Origin: Patescibacteria group bacterium
Lineage (GTDB): Bacteria; Patescibacteriota; Patescibacteriia; Patescibacteriales; UBA12465
Reading direction: 5' to 3'
DNA: 43,548 nucleotides
NCBI GenBank assembly: GCA_038323715.1
Contig: JBBQHF010000001.1
Coordinates: 1 to 43,548, forward strand
Shown: positions 36,490 to 43,548 of the stretch, one piece after another
How the letters are laid out: each line of letters starts with the position of its first letter
Position numbering within the stretch: position 1 is the stretch's first letter
The notes under the pieces: generated by a model
Databases searched by the model: none
Seen by the model: only the letters and a program-made list of their open reading frames with translations
Told to the model about the DNA's origin: nothing
Program-made: the position numbers and the translations under genes

Positions 36490-38394
36490 ATGAAAAATAA
36501 AAAGATAATAATTTTGTTATTGTTTATCTCGTTTGTGCTCAGCGCTTGCGGCAAGAAGGCGGAGATCAAAGTAGAAGATAAAACACCTACGACTCCGGTT
36601 ACTACTCAAGCTGTCAGAAATAGCTTAAGCATAAAAAGGGACTTAAATTATCCTGGCGTGGTGTCTGCGGAAAGTGAAGCTAAGGTTGTGGCCAAGTCTT
36701 CAGGAACTTTAACGGCCATAAAATTTAAAGTTGGTGATAAAGTTTCTCTCGGTCAACAGCTAGCCAAAATTGACGATATAAATAATGCTAAAGTTTTGTC
36801 TGGGGGAGAGTTAAATAGTAGCCAAATAAAACAGGCTAAGCTGGGAGTTGAACAAGCCCTTGGTGCTTTCCAGCTATCTAAAAATAATTATGAAAATTTA
36901 TTAATTTCTTCAGTTAAGGATTTAAGACAGGCGGAAATTTCTCGTGACCAAGCCGCTAAAGGCGAAACTAATTTAACTATCACAACCGGAGAAAGCGTAA
37001 AGAGCGCAGAGCTCGCTTATGAAACAGCAAAATTGGCTGTAGCGCAAGCCAGCCTTAGTCTTGAAAATCGTACTAAACAGGCTAACCAGGGAAGCATTGA
37101 TGTAAAACAAAATGCTTCTTTGGCAATCCAGTCAGGAATTGCCTCAATCAGCTCTCTAATTACTAATATAAATAATATTACCGCTTTTGATGATAATAAT
37201 AGCGTTACTATAAATTATCGTTCTAATTTGGGAGCGCTTGATTCTTCGGTTTATGATAGCGCTAAAAAAGCTTATCAGAAATTAAAGGAAGAGTATGCTA
37301 AATATGACAGCTTAAAATTTAGTTCTATTTCTGAACAAGTAAGTTCTGTTTTAGTCTTGTCCACACTAGCGCAAAATTTAGCGGAGGAAACAAAATTGCT
37401 ATTTGATAAAACTATCACCTCGGCTTCTTTGCCACAAACATCAGTTGGTGGTTCATCTTTATCTGGCTTACAAGCCGCCGCCGCCGGATACCAGGTGCAA
37501 ATGAATGCGGTTGCTAGTCAAATAAATGGTGCTAGCCAGGCGCTAACTAATACGGCCCTAAATAATGATAGTTTATTAGATAGTTTAAAACAGGGGCTTG
37601 ATTTAGCTAAAAAGCAGGAAGCGAGTGCTTTGCAAAATTTAAATAATTTAAAGGCCGGGAATGTGAGTCAGAAAGATCAGGCCATTTTTGTCTATAGTTT
37701 GGCTCAAAATCAATACGATAATTTGAAGGTGAAAATTGAATCTCAGGTTTCAGGCGCTAGAACTCAAATGGAAACTGCTAGGTTGCAATATGATAATGCT
37801 TTAGTTTCTTTGCAAAGCTTGTATGATACCCGCTCGGTAATTGCGCCACTTGATGGTACCATTACTCAAGTTTTTGCCAGCGATAGTGAAACAGTTGCTC
37901 CCGGCCAACCGATTTTGGTAATTTCTCAAACGGACAATATAAAAGTTAATTTTTATGTTGAAGCCGATAATCTCTTAGCTATGAATCCTGGATTGCCGGT
38001 TTCTGTAGTAGATGAAAAAGGTAAAGAATATCCTGGGGTTATTTCTGGAACATCGCTTCAAGCCGACACGGTTACGAGAAGATTTTTGGTTGAAGTAAAA
38101 ATGGAGAACGCTGAAGATTTATTTTTAGGCACGATAGTCAATATTAAAGTGGCGGTCGAAAAAAAAGCCGATCAAGGATTTTATATATTGCCACTATCAG
38201 CCGTTAATATTTCTCAAAACGATAGTTATATTTTTATAGTTGATAACAATAAAGCTAAAAAAATAAACATTGAAGTGGGCGAGGTGTCCGGCGGGCTAGC
38301 GATAATTAAAGCCGATTTATCATATAACGATTTGATTATTATTGAGGGAAATAAATTAATCACTGATGGACAAGACATAAATATACAAAATTAA
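36490..38394 (+). CDS. RND efflux adaptor (membrane fusion protein), lipoprotein, very long helical region
   Basis: Lipobox LSA-C; VKFKVGDKV-like / IAPLDGTI lipoyl halves; LPLSAV; IIEGN. Confidence 0.88.
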   Translation: MKNKKIIILLLFISFVLSACGKKAEIKVEDKTPTTPVTTQAVRNSLSIKRDLNYPGVVSAESEAKVVAKSSGTLTAIKFKVGDKVSLGQQLAKIDDINNAKVLSGGELNSSQIKQAKLGVEQALGAFQLSKNNYENLLISSVKDLRQAEISRDQAAKGETNLTITTGESVKSAELAYETAKLAVAQASLSLENRTKQANQGSIDVKQNASLAIQSGIASISSLITNINNITAFDDNNSVTINYRSNLGALDSSVYDSAKKAYQKLKEEYAKYDSLKFSSISEQVSSVLVLSTLAQNLAEETKLLFDKTITSASLPQTSVGGSSLSGLQAAAAGYQVQMNAVASQINGASQALTNTALNNDSLLDSLKQGLDLAKKQEASALQNLNNLKAGNVSQKDQAIFVYSLAQNQYDNLKVKIESQVSGARTQMETARLQYDNALVSLQSLYDTRSVIAPLDGTITQVFASDSETVAPGQPILVISQTDNIKVNFYVEADNLLAMNPGLPVSVVDEKGKEYPGVISGTSLQADTVTRRFLVEVKMENAEDLFLGTIVNIKVAVEKKADQGFYILPLSAVNISQNDSYIFIVDNNKAKKINIEVGEVSGGLAIIKADLSYNDLIIIEGNKLITDGQDINIQN

Positions 38395-38430
38395 AAATAA
38401 GGCACGACTTCGGTTGCGTCGGGTTATTAT

Positions 38431-41400
38431 ATGGATATAAATATTATTAATAAAGGTGATGGCGGTAAGCAAAATATAGAATTTTTGGTTACCAATAATT
38501 CTTCAGAAAATAATATAGAAAATATTTCTGATGCTCAGCCTCAAATAGGTCATAAAAATTCTGATCATCTTTATCTGGAGCGTTTAAAATTTAATCCAGA
38601 ACTAAAAAAGGGTTGGCTGAATTTTTTTGTTGTCAATTTTAGAGTTGTAGTATTATTGATAGTTCTACTTTCTGGCTGGGGGCTATTTTCTTTTTTCTCT
38701 TTGCCTCGGGAATCAAACCCAGAAGTTAGGATCCCGTACGCTATGGTTTTTACGGCCTATCCTGGTGCTTCGCCGGCTGACGTTGAAGAGTTGGTAACTA
38801 AGAAAATTGAAATTGGTTTATCTGGCTTAAAAGACGTTAAAAAAATAACTTCAAATTCTTCTAATTCGGTTTCTATGGTTACGGTAGAATTTGACGCTAA
38901 GGCGAACCTCGATGATTCTATTAGAAAATTAAAAGATCAGGTTAATAGTGTAAAGAATGAGTTACCGGCTGAGGCGATTGAACCAATCGCTCAAGAAATC
39001 TCATTTGACGATACTCCAATTTGGACAATAGCTTTATCTGGTCCTTATGATGGATTAATATTGCGTGATGCTGGAGAAAAAATTCAAGAAGAACTGGAAA
39101 AAATACCGGGAGCTAGAAAAGTTACTGTTTCTGGAGGAGACAAAAAAGAATTTGAGGTGGCGTATGATCCTCAAAAGTTAGTTTTTTATAACCTTTCTCC
39201 CGACCAAGTAAATCAAATTATAAAAGGATCTAATTTAGCTATCCCGGCTGGTAATTTTAAGTCAGATAGCGACAAATATCTTTATCCAATTAGAGTTGAT
39301 GGCCGATTTTTTAAGGTAGAAGATTTGGCTAATTTACCTATTTTACATACAGCTGATGGTGCAATAGTGGCCCTAAAAGATGTGGCCAAGGTGCAAGAAA
39401 TTTCTATTGAAAAAACTATTTATTCAAGGTTGTCAGCCAGCGGAGAGGACCCTCAGGATAATGTCACCATTCAAATAGTTAAAAAGACTGGTGGTTCTAT
39501 TTTAGATACTGTTGCTGAAGCTAAACAGAGAACGGATGAAGCTTTGAAAAAATTACCGGCGGGCATCAGTTATGACGTTACTCTGGATATGGGTCAATTT
39601 ATCAATGATGATTTTAATCAACTGCAGCATGATTTTATTTTAACATTCTTATTGGTATTTATAGTTTTATTTCTTATCGTTGGGTTTAAAGAAGCTTTAG
39701 TCGCTGGGCTAGCCATTCCTTTAGTTTTCTTTTCAACTTTTGGAGTAATGAAAGCCGTCGGAATAAGTCTAAATTTTTTATCAGTCTTTTCTCTTATTCT
39801 CTCTTTGGGGTTACTAGTTGATGATGCCATCGTTGTCGTTTCCGCCACCAAGCAATATTTAAAGACCGGTAAATTTACTCCCGAGGAGGCAGTGCTATTA
39901 GTTTTAAATGATTTTAAAGTTGTCCTCACGACTTCAACGCTGACAACTGTGTGGGCCTTTTTGCCATTACTGATGTCGAGTGGGATGATTGGCGAATTTA
40001 TAAAATCAATTCCGATAACTGTTTCAGTCACCCTAGTCTCCTCACTGATAATTGCCTTAATAATTAACCATCCCTTGTCAGCTGTTTTAGAAAGAATTAG
40101 ATTAACAAAAAAATTATTTTCCTTTCTATTAGTAGGAATATTTGTTTTATCGGGGGCTAGTTTGTTATTAATAAATAATAAAGTTATCGCTGCGCCTTTA
40201 TCTTTGTTTTTTGCTATCTCGGCTATGGCGATGATTAGATGGTATTTTCAAAAAGGTCGTCGTTACTTGGAAAGAAATACAGTGTTGGTGGAATTAGAAT
40301 GGAACGATGATGAGCTTATAAAAAAGAAATTAAGAGAACAGGGAAGTCATGATAATGAAAATTTATTTGATCGTTTGTTACATGGCATTATAAATTTTAA
40401 TGCCGTTCTTCCGTATTACGAAAAGAAATTACGTCAAGTGTTGCGGACTAAGAAAACAAGACTCACAACTTTATTTTTTGTTGGCTTGCTCTTTATAGTG
40501 GCCATTTCTTTACCGCTTAGCGGAATAGTTCAGAGTGAATTTTTCCCAGTTTCCGATCAGGGTTTTATATATGTTAATATTGAAGGTCCGGTTGGTTTAA
40601 AATTAGAAGAGACCGATAAAGTAGTCCAGCAAGTTGAGAAGAAACTTTTGTCATATAAAGAAATAGAAAATTTTACTACAATTATTGGGGCGCCTTCAAA
40701 TGAAAATGCTACTTCTCCTTCAAATAGTTCTTCTCATTTAGGTTCTATTACAATTAAATTAGTTGATGTTAAATCTCGTGATGCAAAATCTTATGACTTA
40801 GCAAAAGTGATGAGACGGGATATGATAGATATAAATGGCGCCAAGATTACCATTGAAACTCCTTCCGGGGGGCCACCTGCCGGAGCGGCTTTTGAGGCCA
40901 GAGTTAGCGGAGATGATTTGCAGGAATTGGATAAAATAGCTAAAGATTTAAAACCAGTTTTAGAATCTATACCAGGGGTGATAAATGCTAATATGTCACT
41001 TAAGGATTCTCCCGCTGACTACACTTTCGTGCTTGACCCTAATCGTTTAGAATTATACGGCTTGAATGCTGCTTATGTCGGCTCAATTTTAAGATTAGCT
41101 ATTTCCGGGACTGAAGTTACAACTGTTTTAGAAAATGGGGAAGAAATAAAAGTAATGGCTCGGTTTGCCAAAGACAAAATTCCATCTTTAGAAGCGGCGG
41201 GGAATTTGCAAATTTTAAATTTACAGCGTCAACCAGTATTTTTGAAAGATGTCGCTAAGATAGAGCTTAAACCTTCAGTGGAAACCATAACTAGGGTTGA
41301 TCAAAAAAGAACCGTTTTATTATCAGCTGATACCGAAGGGAAAACAAACCCCGCGGTTGTATTAAAAGAATTTCAAGACAAAACTAAAGATTATAAATTA

Positions 41401-41946
41401 GCTTCGGGTTATGAAATAAAGTATGGTGGCGAAAATGAACAAAATGCTGAGTCGGTCTTATCGATAATTAGGGCGATGGTGGTTGCTGTTTTACTTATTA
41501 TTTCAACCATGATTATTCAGTTTAACTCCGTTAAGAAAGCGCTTATTGTTTTAGCAACTATTCCGCTTGCTTTAATTGGCGTATTTTTGGGACTAGCCGT
41601 TTCCGGAATCAACCTATCTTTCCCTGGTTTGATTGGTATCTTGGCCTTATTTGGGATTGTGGTAAAGAATGCTATTATTTTAATTGATAAGATTGGTTTG
41701 AATTTAAAAAGCAACATCCCCTTTCAAGAGGCAATCGTGGATGCCGGCAAGTCTAGACTAGAGGCGATATTTATTACCTCAATTTGTACTATCTTAGGAA
41801 TTATCCCCATCACTCTTTCTAATGAGACTTGGAGATCTTTAGGGGGTGCAATTATTTTTGGTCTTTTACTGTCTTCGTTCTTAACCCTTTTCATCGTTCC
41901 GACTTTATTTATGACTTTAGTGAAGGATAAAAAAAGAAATATATAA
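38431..41946 (+). CDS. RND efflux permease (AcrB/SwrC-like)
   Basis: YPGASPADVE, GLLVDDAIVV, GIVVKNAIILID, TLFIVP. Confidence 0.94.
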   Translation: MDINIINKGDGGKQNIEFLVTNNSSENNIENISDAQPQIGHKNSDHLYLERLKFNPELKKGWLNFFVVNFRVVVLLIVLLSGWGLFSFFSLPRESNPEVRIPYAMVFTAYPGASPADVEELVTKKIEIGLSGLKDVKKITSNSSNSVSMVTVEFDAKANLDDSIRKLKDQVNSVKNELPAEAIEPIAQEISFDDTPIWTIALSGPYDGLILRDAGEKIQEELEKIPGARKVTVSGGDKKEFEVAYDPQKLVFYNLSPDQVNQIIKGSNLAIPAGNFKSDSDKYLYPIRVDGRFFKVEDLANLPILHTADGAIVALKDVAKVQEISIEKTIYSRLSASGEDPQDNVTIQIVKKTGGSILDTVAEAKQRTDEALKKLPAGISYDVTLDMGQFINDDFNQLQHDFILTFLLVFIVLFLIVGFKEALVAGLAIPLVFFSTFGVMKAVGISLNFLSVFSLILSLGLLVDDAIVVVSATKQYLKTGKFTPEEAVLLVLNDFKVVLTTSTLTTVWAFLPLLMSSGMIGEFIKSIPITVSVTLVSSLIIALIINHPLSAVLERIRLTKKLFSFLLVGIFVLSGASLLLINNKVIAAPLSLFFAISAMAMIRWYFQKGRRYLERNTVLVELEWNDDELIKKKLREQGSHDNENLFDRLLHGIINFNAVLPYYEKKLRQVLRTKKTRLTTLFFVGLLFIVAISLPLSGIVQSEFFPVSDQGFIYVNIEGPVGLKLEETDKVVQQVEKKLLSYKEIENFTTIIGAPSNENATSPSNSSSHLGSITIKLVDVKSRDAKSYDLAKVMRRDMIDINGAKITIETPSGGPPAGAAFEARVSGDDLQELDKIAKDLKPVLESIPGVINANMSLKDSPADYTFVLDPNRLELYGLNAAYVGSILRLAISGTEVTTVLENGEEIKVMARFAKDKIPSLEAAGNLQILNLQRQPVFLKDVAKIELKPSVETITRVDQKRTVLLSADTEGKTNPAVVLKEFQDKTKDYKLASGYEIKYGGENEQNAESVLSIIRAMVVAVLLIISTMIIQFNSVKKALIVLATIPLALIGVFLGLAVSGINLSFPGLIGILALFGIVVKNAIILIDKIGLNLKSNIPFQEAIVDAGKSRLEAIFITSICTILGIIPITLSNETWRSLGGAIIFGLLLSSFLTLFIVPTLFMTLVKDKKRNI

Positions 41947-41948
41947 AT

Positions 41949-43133
41949 ATGATAAATGATATGCCGCTCGCGGCCACGCTTCGGCCTAAAAGTATAATCG
42001 AATTTGTCGGCCAAGAAAAAATTATTGGTCGGGACTCCTGGCTTTACCAAGCTATTAGCGAGGATAGAGTTCCGTCTTTAATATTTTGGGGGCCACCAGG
42101 GAGCGGAAAAACTACTTTAGCTTTTATAATTGCCAAAGAGACAAAAGCGGAATTTGTAGAATTTAGTGCTACTTCAAATGGCGTTAAAGATTTAAAAGTT
42201 GCCGTTGATAGAGCAAAAGAGAGCAGACGTTTAGGACAGAAAACAATTTTATTTATAGATGAAATTCATCGTTGGAATAAGGCTCAGCAAGACGCCCTGT
42301 TGCCTCAAGTAGAAAATGGGACGATTACTCTGATTGGAGCAACTACAGAAAACCCAAGTTTTTCCGTCAACGGAGCGTTATTATCAAGAGTGAAAGTGGT
42401 TGTGCTTGAAGCTTTATCTTTAAATAATTTAGAAAAGATTGTTAAATCGGCAACTAAGAAGCTAAATATAAAAATAGATAAAGATATTTTGAGTTTTATG
42501 GCCCAGGTGGCTAATGGCGACGCGAGAAAAGCTCTGAGTATTTTAGAAAGTGCCTATGCTCATAAAGGAGATCTTTCCATTCAACTAATTAAGGATATAA
42601 TTAGTAAGCCGGGGTTGTTGTATGATAAAAAAGGAGACGAGCATTACAATTTAATTTCTGCTCTTCATAAATCAATGCGTGGGAATAACGCTGATGCCAC
42701 AGTTTATTATTTGTGCAGGATGATAGAGGCCGGAGAAGACCCGCTTTATATTGCGCGTCGCTTAATTAGATTTGCTTCCGAAGATATAGGTCTGGCTAAT
42801 AATAGTGCCTTAATGCTGGCTACGGCGGCTTATGAGGCTTGTCATAAGATTGGTTTGCCGGAGTGCGCTGTTAATTTAGCGCATTGCGCAATTTACTTGG
42901 CCAAATCTCCCAAAAGTATTGCCGTTTATAATGCCTACAATGAAGCAAAGGCGGAAGTAGAAAATAGTGGCAATTTGCCAGTACCTCTTCATTTGCGTAA
43001 TGCTCCGACCAAATTAATGAAGGAGCTCGGTTATGCACAAAATTATAAATATACACCGCTAGAAGACGACTCAAATCAGGAGTATCTGCCAGATAAAATA
43101 AAAAATAAAAAGTTTTTTAAAGCAACTTCTTAG
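41949..43133 (+). CDS. rarA: Replication-associated recombination protein A (AAA+ ATPase)
   Basis: PLAATLRP, WGPPGSGKTT, FIDEIHR, GATTENPSF, HYNLISALHKSMRG, ASEDIG; alternative start 41961. Confidence 0.95.
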   Translation: MINDMPLAATLRPKSIIEFVGQEKIIGRDSWLYQAISEDRVPSLIFWGPPGSGKTTLAFIIAKETKAEFVEFSATSNGVKDLKVAVDRAKESRRLGQKTILFIDEIHRWNKAQQDALLPQVENGTITLIGATTENPSFSVNGALLSRVKVVVLEALSLNNLEKIVKSATKKLNIKIDKDILSFMAQVANGDARKALSILESAYAHKGDLSIQLIKDIISKPGLLYDKKGDEHYNLISALHKSMRGNNADATVYYLCRMIEAGEDPLYIARRLIRFASEDIGLANNSALMLATAAYEACHKIGLPECAVNLAHCAIYLAKSPKSIAVYNAYNEAKAEVENSGNLPVPLHLRNAPTKLMKELGYAQNYKYTPLEDDSNQEYLPDKIKNKKFFKATS

Positions 43134-43548
43134 GGGCGAGTTTATATCCTCTTCCGGAAAAGGTATGAATTAAATTAATTTTTTTTTCAATATTTAATTT
43201 TTTCCTTAAACTCGTGATATGAGTTTCTATCGAATTAGAAAAAGGGTCGGCGTTATAGTCCCAAACATTTTCTAAAATTTCACTTTTGGAAACAATGACA
43301 TTTTTTCGACGCAAGAGATATTCCAGTAGACAATATTCTTTTTTGGTTAAATATATTTCGGTGCGCCCTCTTTTGCAGCAGCCGTTTTGCGGAGACAGCG
43401 TTAAGTCTTCTAATTTTAACGTTTCCTCTTTTATATTTGGCGGCCTTTTTAGAACCGCTTGGATTCTTAAAAGTAGTTCCGCTAGTAGGAAGGGTTTGGT
43501 TATGTAGTCGTCGGCCCCAAGATTAAAAGCTTCAGTTTTATTTTCAAT
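43117..43548 (-). CDS. OmpR/PhoB-family response regulator, 5'-partial
   Basis: Frame open to the window edge: ...GADDYITKPFLLAELLLRI...LTKKEYCLLEYL...IETHITSLRKKL..IHTFSGRGY. Confidence 0.92.
   Translation of the reverse strand: MENKTEAFNLGADDYITKPFLLAELLLRIQAVLKRPPNIKEETLKLEDLTLSPQNGCCKRGRTEIYLTKKEYCLLEYLLRRKNVIVSKSEILENVWDYNADPFSNSIETHITSLRKKLNIEKKINLIHTFSGRGYKLAPKKLL

Noticed and set aside
38401-38422. cUUCGg-capped hairpin between the RND adaptor and permease genes
   Set aside because: Short imperfect stem without a U-tract; too little to call a terminator or ncRNA
3578-42050. Many short antisense or out-of-frame ORFs nested in long genes (e.g. 3578..3835, 17629..17958, 31190..31540, 39618..40031)
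   Set aside because: Shadow ORFs of well-supported genes, with no motifs or expression signals
43117-43133. Convergent 3' overlaps (also 10950..10958)
   Set aside because: Short tail-to-tail overlaps are ordinary in compact genomes
1-43548. Reassigned genetic code (UGA = Gly or Trp)
   Set aside because: Conserved genes are full-length in code 11 and several end at TGA in ATGA overlaps

Overview
An AT-rich, gene-dense bacterial chromosomal segment in standard genetic code, mostly on the + strand. The VirB2-like pilin, patchy metabolism, efflux systems with no TolC in the window and scarce Shine-Dalgarno sites suggest a Patescibacteria/CPR (Parcubacteria-like) genome; this is inference. Contents in order: pilin; tRNA-Tyr; a Bacteroidetes-looking beta-barrel-like gene; mutM; rpmG; AI-2E transporter; rubrerythrin plus a tiny desulforedoxin; tRNA-Trp followed by a ~214-bp hairpin-rich element that duplicates the tRNA 3' end; a DUF2177-DUF1295-COG2907-DUF1365-cfa lipid-modification operon; ABC-F; an EamA transporter fused to riboflavin kinase; HI0933 flavoprotein; an animal-PAICS-like PurC-PurE fusion with purM; D-2-hydroxyacid dehydrogenase; asnS; a lycopene-cyclase-like protein; a hydrolase; greA; MacAB-type and RND efflux systems with very long adaptors; an ECF sigma module with a repeated promoter motif; a P-type ATPase with atypical ion-site residues; an HMA/DsbD-like/cupredoxin protein; rarA; a partial OmpR-type regulator. 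I saw no integrase, transposase or CRISPR array. All family calls come from motif recognition by eye, not database searches.
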